A stretch of 60,530 nucleotides of DNA, counting the filler. It is 5 parts of 5 records of this genome, joined end to end, with 100 filler letters (N's around TTAATTAATTAA, not from the genome) between each part and the next. Parts side by side here need not be neighbours in the genome. Positions count along the whole stretch, not along the records: positions 15,514 to 32,805 come from SRR31156797_31048; positions 32,906 to 43,764 come from SRR31156797_31061; 3 more parts are not named here. One strand, written 5' to 3'. This document shows positions 29,622 to 39,689 of the stretch, in pieces. The notes below the pieces were generated by a model. That model ran no database searches, was not told where the DNA came from, and was given only the letters and a program-made list of their open reading frames with translations. A program made the translations under genes and the position numbers. Each line of letters begins with the position of its first letter. Positions within the stretch are counted from its first letter, which is position 1.

Positions 29622-30562
29622 TTGATCTCGCCTCAATAAAGTGGAGTGCCAATCAGATCTCTTTCTGATACTGCATCCCAATTAGTCATAGATTACCTAG
29701 GTTGAAATTACCTGACGATCTATTAAGTCTGCAATCTAGCTTTAGCTTGAGATGATCGCTGTTTCTACGAATCAAAAGTCACCAGCAATTTTTCAAAAAA
29801 AATCAACTGATCAGCCAAAGTTAATGATATCCTGATTTCCCAGTGGGATAATGACGATACCAGGGTTTGGATTTCCTTATATGGTGAGATCGACCAACAA
29901 CCAAAAAATGTTCAAGAATGGAGCAACTGCTGACATTAGCCTAGCAAAGACAACCTTAAGCCGGACTTATGAATATCGGGATTGAGCGTAGCCTTGAATC
30001 CATACTTCCAGTGAGTGAACTATGAGCTTGACATTGCCAAGTCGAAGGTAATGAATTTTGTCACTTGCCACAACTTGAGGTGCTTCCTGTCTTTTTACGG
30101 AAACAGCACTGAGTTTGTGTAAAATGACCTGCACATTGTCACTAAAAACGGCTCCAGCCTATCATTTTGCGGTGTGATTTAATCTTGCCAGTAATTTCTG
30201 CAGAACATTAAACTTACCTCATAGAAGCTACTGTTTCCTAAAAAAAGCAAATGAGACACGTTGTAGCAACTGGCTGATTATCCAATCAGTATCACAGATA
30301 CAGACATATAAAAGTAATAAATAAAATTGTTGGAAATCAGCGGTATTGGAATCGTATAATATGATAAGGTTAATTTCAATAAACTGAAAGCCAACCATGA
30401 AAAAACTACACGAATTTGTTCTGTGACATAGAGCTGTTGGGCAATGATATCGTTTATTTTGATAAGGAGTTCGCTATCATTGCAACCTATATCGACCTAG
30501 TCGATGCATTACCTTGCTGGCAAGTAACTTGTGAATTAATTAGAAACTCTGGACCATCATCA

Positions 30563-32335
30563 ATGCAGATAAATAAATACAAAGAAATCTGTACGATCGT
30601 TTTCGTTTATTTCATGTTTGGTGCCGCTTGGATTTTTTTATCAGATTCGATGCTTAGCTGGTTTGTTATTGACCCTGAAACCATAACAAAAATATCTATT
30701 TTCAAAGGCTTGTTTTTCATTATTATCACCTCTGTTCTTCTTTTCCTTCTGATTACTCGTTTTAAAAACAAGATCGACTCGTCGATAATTGCATTAAGAA
30801 AAAGTGAGGAGCAGTATAGGCTTTTAGTAGAAAATCAAACAGACATGATCGTGAAGGTAGACCTTGAAGGCCAGTTGCTGTTTGTCAGTCCGGCATATTG
30901 CAGAACCTTTGGCAAGAAAGAGGAAGACTTACTCGGACATAAATTTATGCCTCTTGTGCATGAGGAGGATCGAGAGTCGACAACAGAGGCTATGAAGGAG
31001 TTATTCTTTCCTCCTCACGCAGTCTATCTTGAACAACGTGCAATGACAAAAGACGGGTGGAGGTGGCTCGCTTGGGCAGACACGGCTGTACTCGACGATG
31101 ACGGGAATGTAATTGGAATTATTGGCGTTGGACGTGATATCACAGCACAAAAGGAAATTGAAGAAGAGCGAAAAAAACTGCAAGCTCAACTGCTACAATC
31201 CCAAAAAATGGAAGCCATGGGAACTCTTGCAGGGGGTATCGCTCATGATTTCAATAATATTTTAACCTCCATCATTGGTTACGCAGATCTCCTCAAGCTA
31301 AAAATACAAAAGACCAGTGACCTAAACGACTACCTTGATCCAATTCTCCATGGCAGTGATCGGGCAAAAAAACTAGTTAAACAAATTTTGACATTTAGCA
31401 GAAAAGAACTGGATACTAATTTCATCTTAGATCCAGCCCCTGTTGTAACAGAAGCACTCAGACTTCTCCGCTCCACCTTACCCACAACGGTTGAAATCAA
31501 GGAACAGATTGACCCGGATTGTGGAGCCATTCTGGCTAACCCGACCGGTATTCAACAAACCTTGATCAATCTATGCACCAATGCAGTTCATGCAATGGAA
31601 GCAGAGAAAGGTCTAATCACTGTACAACTGCACAGAGTATTTTTAAAATCTTCCGACGTTAAGGATAAGCCCAATGTTCCAGAAGGAACCTTTGTCGAAT
31701 TATTGGTAGGTGATACAGGCTGTGGTGTCGACCCAAAGATACTCGATCGTATTTTTGAACCGTATTTTTCAACAAAAGAGGTCGGCAAAGGCAGTGGGCT
31801 TGGATTAGCAATAGTCCATGGCAACGTCAAAAATTTTGGGGGATTCATTCATGTTGAAAGTGACCAGAACAAAGGAACCACATTTCATGTTTATTTTCCA
31901 ATCTCTAGTCAAAAGCCTTTTACAATTGAACAGGAGCCGCTGAACCAGGAAAGTCTTCCTAAAGGTAGTGAACGAATTCTGGTTGTTGATGACGAAGAAT
32001 TAATTGCTACTATGTATAAAGAAATACTTGCGACCCTGGGCTATACGGTTACAGCCATGAGTAATAGTAAACAAGCATTTGAATCCTATAAATCTTCTCC
32101 GGATATGTTTGATCTTATTCTTACCGACCAGACTATGCCTGACATGACGGGGATGGAGTTGGCAAGCGAGATATTAAAGTTCCGACCTGAGATCCCTATA
32201 ATCCTGTGTACTGGCTATAGTGCAGTGATTTCAGAAAATGAGGCTCAGGATCTTGGCATCTGCAAGTTTCTGATGAAGCCGGTTGATAAAAAGATTCTTG
32301 CAATAACCATTCGCGAAGTTTTGGATAATAAGTAG
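30563..32335 (+). CDS. Hybrid sensor histidine kinase (2 TM, PAS, HisKA, HATPase, REC)
   Basis: [11 protein letters not shown] motif, [31 protein letters not shown]...DQTMP; start moved to ATG 30563. Confidence 0.92.
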   Translation: MQINKYKEICTIVFVYFMFGAAWIFLSDSMLSWFVIDPETITKISIFKGLFFIIITSVLLFLLITRFKNKIDSSIIALRKSEEQYRLLVENQTDMIVKVDLEGQLLFVSPAYCRTFGKKEEDLLGHKFMPLVHEEDRESTTEAMKELFFPPHAVYLEQRAMTKDGWRWLAWADTAVLDDDGNVIGIIGVGRDITAQKEIEEERKKLQAQLLQSQKMEAMGTLAGGIAHDFNNILTSIIGYADLLKLKIQKTSDLNDYLDPILHGSDRAKKLVKQILTFSRKELDTNFILDPAPVVTEALRLLRSTLPTTVEIKEQIDPDCGAILANPTGIQQTLINLCTNAVHAMEAEKGLITVQLHRVFLKSSDVKDKPNVPEGTFVELLVGDTGCGVDPKILDRIFEPYFSTKEVGKGSGLGLAIVHGNVKNFGGFIHVESDQNKGTTFHVYFPISSQKPFTIEQEPLNQESLPKGSERILVVDDEELIATMYKEILATLGYTVTAMSNSKQAFESYKSSPDMFDLILTDQTMPDMTGMELASEILKFRPEIPIILCTGYSAVISENEAQDLGICKFLMKPVDKKILAITIREVLDNK

Positions 32336-32449
32336 GTTAATTGAGAAATGCATGGACTTATTTATGCTTCTTCTAAGCTACCGAATATCTCCTGTTAATT
32401 TTGACTGGATGATAGCACGACCAGGTCTGAACTAATTCACCTTATCTGT

Positions 32450-32805
32450 TTATACGTAACAAAGTGAAAACCGCATAAAGTGTTATAATGCGGTCATTAA
32501 CATCCTGTTTTTTCAACAAAGAAAAAGGAGGACATGATGACCGAAACAACAGGTATACGCCAAGACGTACTAACTCCTGATTACCATCCAACCGCCCCAT
32601 CTCGCTCCAGCTTTCCGGAACCCGCATCCGGGACCGTCCCTTATAAACGCAAGATATTGGACCGCAGGACTACACGCATAACCGCAAGTGGCTGCCAGGC
32701 AACCAATTAGTCACAGCATACTTGCACGGCAAATATATCAAGAACCTTTCGCATCGTACCATTGACCATGCAGGCGGCGTCATTCTGGCTTTCATGCATT
32801 TCCTC
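32450..32805 (+). mobile_element. Probable left end of a RIT-like tyrosine-recombinase element with frameshifted first integrase, cut by the contig end
   Basis: TTATACG-N15-CGCATAA end-like motif; SD AAGGAGG and ATG 32534; after a frameshift near 32692 reads LPGNQLVTAYLHGKYIKNLSHRTI...FMHFL, like an integrase SAM-like N-domain. Confidence 0.45.
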
Positions 32806-32905
32806 NNNNNNNNNNNNNNNNNNNNNNNNNNNNNNNNNNNNNNNNNNNNTTAATTAATTAANNNNNNNNNNNNNNNNNNNNNNNNNNNNNNNNNNNNNNN
32901 NNNNN
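32806..32905. other. Artificial contig-joining spacer
   Basis: N44-TTAATTAATTAA-N44. Confidence 0.97.
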
Positions 32906-32986
32906 GGCCACCCCTTTGACGAAGTCCCGGCCGTATTTCCGGTCGGTTTCGAAATCGAGGAGGATATGGGGGTACTTTTTTTTCAT
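32906..32986 (-). CDS. N-terminus of a XylR-like sugar-binding regulator, cut by the contig end
   Basis: SD GGAGG; MKKKYPHILLDFETDRKYGRDFVKGVA resembles XylR N-termini. Confidence 0.5.
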
Positions 32987-33058
32987 CTGCGCGCCTCCGC
33001 AGCCTAACGTTCCATTACGGTAAGACGGTCACGATAAGCGGCCATTCTTTTGTAGATT

Positions 33059-33316
33059 TTATCCCAGCGGAGTATCCCCTTCGGGAAGCAGCTGCGCAGC
33101 GCCGACGCAATCCTTTCCGATCTCAAAGAAATCCTCAACGACTTTTCCCGAGTATCGAGAGTGGCGTCCTGTCAGGGGCATGGAGAGGGAGAGAGATCTT
33201 CTCAAAGGAGAATCAAGCCAACTCTCGGCGTACTGAAAGGAGTGTTCCCTCCCGATGCTCCAGGTACCCATCATTTCCCCGTTCAGCCGGACCTGTAGGG
33301 ATTGAGCCTGTCCCAT
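33059..33316 (-). pseudogene. hipA: HipA toxin remnant (N-terminal domain with internal deletion, kinase domain lost)
   Basis: LNG-x-x-x-G-x-W, FQY-x-x-SWL, LSLSMP, then FFE joined directly to IGKDCVGAAQLLP; stops after 85 aa. Confidence 0.82.
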
Positions 33317-33318
33317 GC

Positions 33319-33558
33319 CTACCACTCCGCCTCTATAACAAGGTCTTTACTCTGAACCTGTATCTGGATATCCAGAGCGGACAGGTACTTATAAAGCGAT
33401 TCTATGCTGCATCGTTCAGGATTGTTTTCAAGAAGAGAAACGGTTTTGGGAAGAAGGCCGCGTTTCTCCGCAGCCTCTTTCTGTGTCAGATTCAACTCTT
33501 TTCGTCGACCTCTCAGAATTTTCCCCAGCTGATCGGCAGTTGGCGCGTGACTATCCAT
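33319..33558 (-). CDS. hipB: HipB-like XRE antitoxin
   Basis: QLGKILRGRRKELNLTQKEAA...TVSLLENNP HTH directly upstream of the hipA remnant. Confidence 0.85.
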   Translation of the reverse strand: MDSHAPTADQLGKILRGRRKELNLTQKEAAEKRGLLPKTVSLLENNPERCSIESLYKYLSALDIQIQVQSKDLVIEAEW

Positions 33559-33562
33559 TGCT

Positions 33563-33633
33563 CATCCCCTGTAGGGTATCTTTTTGCATTATACCCTACA
33601 GGGATAATTTGTGAATACACCCTACAGGGTATA
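33563..33633. promoter_or_regulatory. Three HipB-type palindromic operators
   Basis: CATCCCCTGTAGGGTATC (33563-33580), TATACCCTACAGGGATAA (33590-33607), TACACCCTACAGGGTATA (33616-33633); shared core CCCT(AC/GT)AGGG. Confidence 0.8.
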
Positions 33634-35661
33634 TTATGCTATAACAAGCACCCTGTACCCGGAGATCCGATCCACGGTGAAACGGATCCTGTCCCCTTCG
33701 CGCCGGAAATCCAGGACCTCGCCGGTCTCGCCGTCTTTCACAGAGCTCGCCCCCGGCGCGAAGAGATCGATCTCTGTGTCGAACAGCGGGATCTCATCCT
33801 CAACGATATCGATCGCGGGCGTCCTCCTCTGGGGGATGTAGTGGATAAGGGTCAGCACCGTCTCTCCGGTGGGAGCCTTTCGCATCGTCGTTTCCGCCGT
33901 ACTGGGAAGGTTGGTCTTCAGGAGTTTCTCACTGACGAAGCGCTCCAGCACATGGGACAGCATGGTCCTCCCAGCCGCCGGAGCGAAGTCCTGATAGCAG
34001 TGGAACAGGGGGCTGGCGAAGTAGGCGCATCGGCCGTGGATCAGAAGTTCAGGCGCATCATCTTCTGCGGGCGGCATGGGAGGCGTCTGGAGATGGGAAC
34101 AGAAATGGTTCCACTCCCGGTTGAAATAGGGCCTGGTGATCGTTGCGGCGATTTCAGTATCCTCACCCGCTTCCACAAGCGAACCGCCCAGGTACATCAC
34201 ATGATCCGTATCCGGCAGCGTTTCCGCCAGGGCGGCGGCGGGCCTGGCGTAATACGGCTTGTCCGGATGCTCCCCCTTGTGGGCCAGGGGCATGATCTCG
34301 CCCAGAGCCCAGCGTCCCTCGCTGTCCAGTCCGCTCTGATGGGAGAGGACGACCGAGCCCCCCCGCTTCACGTAATCGACCAGCTTCCCCTTGAGCGCAT
34401 CATCCACTGCGACCTCATCGGGCAGGATAAGGCATTTGTAGCCGCTGAAATCAGAGTCCCCATCCAGAACGCCGTACTGATACTGCATCTGGCTGAGCAT
34501 CTTCATGGCCCCCGTTTCCCCATCCAGTTCGGTTCCCACGTTGCTCAGTGATTTGTCCCTGTTGGAAAGAAGGATGCCCACCTCCTCCACAGGGGTCGAG
34601 GGCACCAGCCAGTGCTCCACCTTCTTCACGCGGTTGAAGCTCCTTCCGATGAGCTCGTAGGTGGGGCCGTCCGGCTTCCCCCTGGGCGGGAGCTGGTCCC
34701 CCACGGCGGCGGCGACCCCCAGGCTCATCATGCGGATGACCTCAAAATCCAGGGCGGCCTGGTTCTTCAGTCCGCCGAAGTCGCCCCACATCTTCTGAAA
34801 CTTCCCCGTATGCCCCATAAGGGGGTGGTCGAACTGATTGAAATACCGTCCGTACAGAGGAAAGTGATCGTACCCCCAGGGGCCGGAAGGAAGGGATTCC
34901 AGGATGTTCGCTCCCATAAGCGGTACCTCGGGCCTGGAGCCCTTCCCGACGCAGCCGGTCAGCCTGAGGCGGCTGTTGAAGAAGGTGGGGATCTCCGGAA
35001 ACTCCCGGGAGAGCCCCTCATTGATAAAGGCCATGAACTCCCTGGCGCTCTCATAGGAGTAGCGGCCCCGGTCCGACGGAGAGGAGGGGTCCATCCCCCG
35101 TTCCGCCATCCCCTGCCGGCACCAGGAGCAGCAGCAGGGCTCTTCATTGAACAGGATATCCAGAAAAAGATAGTCCATATCCGGATGCCGCCGGCAGACC
35201 TCCAGGGACTGGGCCAGGACATAGTCCCGGTAGGGGGAGTTCCAGCAGAGGAACTGCCACCCCGGCTCGAAGGGACCGCGCCCGGTATTCGTAAGGGGGT
35301 CCATCTTCATCCTGCTTCCGTCGGAGCGGATGCAAAGCCATTCGGGGCGGGTATCGGCGGTCAGTTCATCCCAGCAGATGGTCGTGTATACGGACGGCAG
35401 GATCCCTACCTTCTGAAGGGCCCGGTACTGCTCCCCCAGCAGATCGGGTCTCTCCAGCTTGGGATGGGGCGTCCCCACTTCGCTGGGATAGTAACAGTAT
35501 CCGTGATGGCCCCGGGAAAACAGGCAGACCCCGGTGATGCCGGCGTCCTTCATGGTTGCGGCGAACAGGTCGGGATCGAAGTCGGCGCCGATGCCGGGGA
35601 TCAGGCCGTTGGTATGGAAGTCCAGGTGGATCTCCCGGTTGGGAAGCTGTGGTTTTCTCAT
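33634..35661 (-). CDS. Glycoside hydrolase, GH151 alpha-L-fucosidase-like (GHL6 plus trimerisation domain)
   Basis: REIHLDFHT, GHHGYCYYP, FLDI, ESLPSG-x-WGY, TGKF-x-x-x-WGDFGG, VGDQL motifs. Confidence 0.75.
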   Translation of the reverse strand: MRKPQLPNREIHLDFHTNGLIPGIGADFDPDLFAATMKDAGITGVCLFSRGHHGYCYYPSEVGTPHPKLERPDLLGEQYRALQKVGILPSVYTTICWDELTADTRPEWLCIRSDGSRMKMDPLTNTGRGPFEPGWQFLCWNSPYRDYVLAQSLEVCRRHPDMDYLFLDILFNEEPCCCSWCRQGMAERGMDPSSPSDRGRYSYESAREFMAFINEGLSREFPEIPTFFNSRLRLTGCVGKGSRPEVPLMGANILESLPSGPWGYDHFPLYGRYFNQFDHPLMGHTGKFQKMWGDFGGLKNQAALDFEVIRMMSLGVAAAVGDQLPPRGKPDGPTYELIGRSFNRVKKVEHWLVPSTPVEEVGILLSNRDKSLSNVGTELDGETGAMKMLSQMQYQYGVLDGDSDFSGYKCLILPDEVAVDDALKGKLVDYVKRGGSVVLSHQSGLDSEGRWALGEIMPLAHKGEHPDKPYYARPAAALAETLPDTDHVMYLGGSLVEAGEDTEIAATITRPYFNREWNHFCSHLQTPPMPPAEDDAPELLIHGRCAYFASPLFHCYQDFAPAAGRTMLSHVLERFVSEKLLKTNLPSTAETTMRKAPTGETVLTLIHYIPQRRTPAIDIVEDEIPLFDTEIDLFAPGASSVKDGETGEVLDFRREGDRIRFTVDRISGYRVLVIA

Positions 35662-35740
35662 GTTTCTTGCTCCTTTAGTAGAGGTTGTTTGGTTGTATCA
35701 GAGTACGAAAAAGTTCCGGAGACTGAGCTCCGGAGATAAA

Positions 35741-36580
35741 TCAGCCTTTGACGGCTCCTGCGGTCATACCCTTCTGCACCCGGTCGCTGAAGGCCAGATA
35801 GATGCAGATCATGGGCAGCACCGCCAGGATAATGGAGGCGAAGATCGGTCCCATCCGGGCCGTCCTGTCACCTACGAAGAAGAGCATGGCCAGGGATATC
35901 GTGAATTTCTCGGGCTTGCTCAGAAAGATTACCGCGAAGATCAGCTCGTTGTACACGAACAGAGAGGAGATGATGGCGGCCGTCGCTATACCGGGCTTGG
36001 CCAGGGGCAGGATGATCTGAAAGAGGATGCGCACGGGCCCGCAGCCGTCTATGGTAGCCGCCTCGTCCAGCTCGCGGCTGATCCCTCTCATAAAGCCAGT
36101 GATGATAAACACGGTCATGGGCAGCTGAAAGGCCGTATAGATCAGCATCAGCGTTCCGAAGCTGTTCGATCCCAGCCAGGGGGTGGACGACACGGTTTTC
36201 GCCAGGGGGATGAGGGTGGAATGTATGGGAAGCATGATCCCGAGGATGAACAGCACATACACGTAGTTCAAAACCCTGTAGCGGAAGCGGGCCAGCACAT
36301 AGGAGGCCATGGAGCCGACTACGATAAGAATCACCGTGGTCAGGGCGGTCACCATCAGGGAGTTGAATATGGCCCTGTCCATCCGCGCTCCCAGGATGGC
36401 GTCCACATAGTTTTGATAGCGGAACACAGCAGGGGGGGCGAACATGCTACCGAAGATCTCATCGTTGTTCTTCAAAGAAGAGAAGAAGGTCGTCACAAAG
36501 GGATAGAGGGTGATCAGCGACCAGAGTATGGAAAACACGGTGGCCGGAATCATGCTTGCTTTCATCTTCAGGCGCATCAC
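35741..36580 (-). CDS. Carbohydrate ABC transporter permease (MalG-like)
   Basis: EAA loop ELDEAATIDG; six TM helices. Confidence 0.93.
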   Translation of the reverse strand: MMRLKMKASMIPATVFSILWSLITLYPFVTTFFSSLKNNDEIFGSMFAPPAVFRYQNYVDAILGARMDRAIFNSLMVTALTTVILIVVGSMASYVLARFRYRVLNYVYVLFILGIMLPIHSTLIPLAKTVSSTPWLGSNSFGTLMLIYTAFQLPMTVFIITGFMRGISRELDEAATIDGCGPVRILFQIILPLAKPGIATAAIISSLFVYNELIFAVIFLSKPEKFTISLAMLFFVGDRTARMGPIFASIILAVLPMICIYLAFSDRVQKGMTAGAVKG

Positions 36581-37455
36581 ATCTCCTCCTGTACAAGGAT
36601 TTTGTTAAGGATCAGGCTGAGGATGAGCCCCGCCACAAGAATGAAAACGCCTATGGCGTTTCCCGGACCGAAATTCCTGTATTTGAAGGCCTCGTTATAG
36701 AGCAGGGTCGCCGGGGTTTCCGTCGCCCGGGCGGGCCCTCCGCCTGTCATGACGAAGACGAGGTCGAAGTGACGCAGGCATCCTGTGACGCACATGATAG
36801 AGAAGATCTTGATAGACTCCTTCATAAGGGGGAGGGTGATAAAGCGGATCCTCTGCAAGGCGCCGGCCCCGTCTATCTTCGCGGATTCGAACAGGGAATC
36901 AGGTATGGCGACCAGCCCCGCCGCGAATATGAGCATATTGAAGCCCGCGTACACCCATTCGTTCACAAGGACCACTGACTGTATGGCCGTCGAGGGATCT
37001 CCGAGCCAGTTACGGATCAGAGGGGAGAGCCCCGCGTTCTCCAGGAGGGAGTTGAGAAGCCCCCCGTTGGGCTGCAGGATATAGACCCACATAAGCCCCA
37101 CCGCGGTCATGGGCAGTACGACGGGGATGAAGAAGGAGGTCTTGTAGAACCGGGTTCCCCTGACATTCCGGGTAATGATCAGAGCCAGGGCAAAGGACAG
37201 AGGCATGAGGACGATGAACCCGCCGGCCATGAACCAGAGCACGTTGACCAGGGAGTGCCAGAAGGCCGGATTCGAGAAGATCCTGTGGTAGTTTTTCAAT
37301 CCCACAAAGGTCATGGGCATCCTGGCGATCCCCTTCCATTTGAAGAAGGACATATAGACGGATTGAAAAACGGGAAGCAGCAGGAAGGTTATGTATATGA
37401 TCAGGGCCGGCGCCAGAAACAGGACCGCCCAATGGTAATCTTTTTTTACAGACAT
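36577..37455 (-). CDS. Carbohydrate ABC transporter permease (MalF-like)
   Basis: FVGLKNY, LFESAKIDGA, MTGGGP motifs. Confidence 0.93.
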   Translation of the reverse strand: MSVKKDYHWAVLFLAPALIIYITFLLLPVFQSVYMSFFKWKGIARMPMTFVGLKNYHRIFSNPAFWHSLVNVLWFMAGGFIVLMPLSFALALIITRNVRGTRFYKTSFFIPVVLPMTAVGLMWVYILQPNGGLLNSLLENAGLSPLIRNWLGDPSTAIQSVVLVNEWVYAGFNMLIFAAGLVAIPDSLFESAKIDGAGALQRIRFITLPLMKESIKIFSIMCVTGCLRHFDLVFVMTGGGPARATETPATLLYNEAFKYRNFGPGNAIGVFILVAGLILSLILNKILVQEEM

Positions 37456-37476
37456 AAGAATAAACCCTTTTAAAGA

Positions 37477-37506
37477 CCCCTCCGGCGCGGCTGCGCGCCG
37501 GAGGGG
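37477..37506 (-). terminator. GC-rich 13-bp hairpin after the binding-protein gene (terminator or mRNA stabiliser)
   Basis: CCCCTCCGGCGCG-GCTG-CGCGCCGGAGGGG, followed by TCTTT on the minus strand. Confidence 0.6.
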
Positions 37507-37529
37507 CGGAAGATGGAGGCCTTCCTTGA

Positions 37530-38813
37530 CTATTCGTTGGCCTTGATCTCGGCCATAATCTTAGACGCCGTCTCCTCGGGGCTCATCCCGATGAACAGTC
37601 CCTGGAGGGCGGTGCGGCAGGTATCCAGCATGGAGGAAAGGCTGTCATAGGTCTGGATGTCGTCCCGGAACTCAGTCGCGTTTTCGATTGCGGCGGCATG
37701 GGAGATGGTAACCGAATCCACAACGGAGGGATCGGATTCAAATATGGCCGGGTAAATTCCACCCTTATTGCGGATCTGAAGGGTCTTGAAGAACTCGGGG
37801 CTGCTGATGGCCTTGATGAATTCTACGGAGGCTTCGTTGTGAGCTTCGTCCGTATCGACCACCGACCAGCCTCCGGCCGCTCCGCCCTGGAAGGAACCCT
37901 TGAACTCGGGATTGACGGCGGGAAAGGGAAAGGCCTTGATCTTGGAAGCGATGGGAGACTTGGAGGCGTTGCCGCAGTACCAGCTGCCGTCCATATGCAT
38001 GGCGGTCTGTTCGTTGTGGAACATGGCCTGTTCCATATTGTAATCCACCGTAACCGCGTCGGGTCCGAAATAGCCCTTTTCAAAATAATCCTTTATCCTC
38101 GCGTAATGAGCGATCATCCCGGGATCGTCATAGCTCATCCTGCGGGAGGCCAGATCCCTGACGCCCTGGGAGCCGTAGCTCTTCATAACGAGGTTGTTGA
38201 GGAAGTGGCCCGCCCTCCAGATATCCTTTTCCCCCAGGGCCAGGGGAACATACCCCGCCGCCAGCAGCTTGTCGCATACGGCTTCGAACTCATCCAGGGT
38301 GGCGGGGGCCTCCGCCCCGACCTTGTTGAAGATCTCCTGGTTATAGAAGATGGTTACGCCGTAGAACTCGCCGGGGATACCGTAGGTTCCGGGGAAATCG
38401 GCATACTGCCATTTGTCGAATACGGGAAGGAAGGGGTCCTTCCATGCGGGATCGGCGTCCAGGTAGGGCTGCAGGTCCAGAAGCAGGCCGCTCTCCACAT
38501 AGTCCACGATCCGGGAGCCCCCGTATTCATAGAACACGTTGGGATACTCGCCGATGGCGAACTGGGTCCTCAGCTTGTCCAGGTAAGAGGTCTCGTCATT
38601 GATATGCTCCCCCTCGATCACGATTCCGTTGTCCGCTGCATTGAACTCCTCTATCAGTTCCCTGAAATAGACGGAGGTGGGCATCTCGTCGGACCAGCGG
38701 GAGAGGACTCTGATGCTGACGTCTCCGTCCTCGTCGACCCCGTCCTGCCCTCCTGCGGCGAACAGCAGGGAGGGAAGCAGCAGGACTGCCATAAGAAATG
38801 TTAATTTTTTCAT
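37530..38813 (-). CDS. Sugar ABC transporter substrate-binding protein
   Basis: SD AAAGGAGA and ATG 38813; Spirochaetales-style signal MKK...LLFAAGGQD; IFYN-x-EIF, MHMDGSW. Confidence 0.9.
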   Translation of the reverse strand: MKKLTFLMAVLLLPSLLFAAGGQDGVDEDGDVSIRVLSRWSDEMPTSVYFRELIEEFNAADNGIVIEGEHINDETSYLDKLRTQFAIGEYPNVFYEYGGSRIVDYVESGLLLDLQPYLDADPAWKDPFLPVFDKWQYADFPGTYGIPGEFYGVTIFYNQEIFNKVGAEAPATLDEFEAVCDKLLAAGYVPLALGEKDIWRAGHFLNNLVMKSYGSQGVRDLASRRMSYDDPGMIAHYARIKDYFEKGYFGPDAVTVDYNMEQAMFHNEQTAMHMDGSWYCGNASKSPIASKIKAFPFPAVNPEFKGSFQGGAAGGWSVVDTDEAHNEASVEFIKAISSPEFFKTLQIRNKGGIYPAIFESDPSVVDSVTISHAAAIENATEFRDDIQTYDSLSSMLDTCRTALQGLFIGMSPEETASKIMAEIKANE

Positions 38814-38981
38814 TGTAAGATCTCCTTTTACGTTTTGCTCCGGCGGATTCCAGCTCACGGAACGGCTGTTTATCCCGGACCGGATAATTCATGATAAGTC
38901 CGGGAATTCCGAACTGACCATGGACAAATCTTTGAGGTTTTCTGAAAATTCTTTGATTTATCGTTCTCTTCAGCCGAAGCC

Positions 38982-39689
38982 TCAGGCCTTTCCCACCCGG
39001 GAGGGAGGATAGCCCAGGTACTTTTTAAAGCAGCGGCTCATATAGTAGGGATCGTTATACCCTACCCTATCGGCCAGCTCCTGAAGGGTCAGCTGCTCTT
39101 CCATAAGGATGGCTTCGGCGGCCTTGAGGCGGCAGAGGTTGATCTCGTCCACCAGCTTCCGGCCCGTTTCCTTTCGGAATTTATTGCTCAGATAGCTTGA
39201 ATTGATCCCCACATGCCCGGCAATCATTTCGATATTCAGATTCCTGTCTTCATAGTTCTCCCTGATGAAAGCCAGGATCTGACAGACGGTCCTGGAGAGC
39301 AGGGCCTCGTCGGGACCCGCTTCGGCCCGTATGGCCCTGAGAATCTCCAGCAGCTCATCCTTCTGTACAGGCTTGAGAAGGTAGGAGCTGACCGAGGTCC
39401 TGATCGCCTCTCTGGCGTATTCGAAATCGTTATACCCCGAGAGGATCACCAGGCGGATCGTCTTGTTTTCCCGCCTGATCCCGGCGGCCATCTCCAGCCC
39501 GCTGAGCACGGGCATATTGATGTCGATCACGGCGAGATCGGGCTTCTCTTCCCGGATCAGCTCAAGGCCGCTCCGACCGTCTTCGGCCTCTCCGCAGATC
39601 GTAAACCCCTCTGCCTCCCAGTCAATGATATGCTTCAGCCTCTCCCTGACCAGATACTCATCGTCTATAAGCACAGCCTTAAGCTTCAT
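38982..39689 (-). CDS. YesN-like response regulator (REC plus AraC HTH)
   Basis: LIDDE, DINMP, YLLKP; C-terminal VGYNDPYYMSRCFKKYLG. Confidence 0.92.
   Translation of the reverse strand: MKLKAVLIDDEYLVRERLKHIIDWEAEGFTICGEAEDGRSGLELIREEKPDLAVIDINMPVLSGLEMAAGIRRENKTIRLVILSGYNDFEYAREAIRTSVSSYLLKPVQKDELLEILRAIRAEAGPDEALLSRTVCQILAFIRENYEDRNLNIEMIAGHVGINSSYLSNKFRKETGRKLVDEINLCRLKAAEAILMEEQLTLQELADRVGYNDPYYMSRCFKKYLGYPPSRVGKA

Noticed and set aside
29622-30562. About 0.9 kb without a credible gene; a stop-interrupted frame near 29750-29930 may be a gene relic
   Set aside because: No family could be recognised by eye and no repeat or RNA structure was supportable.
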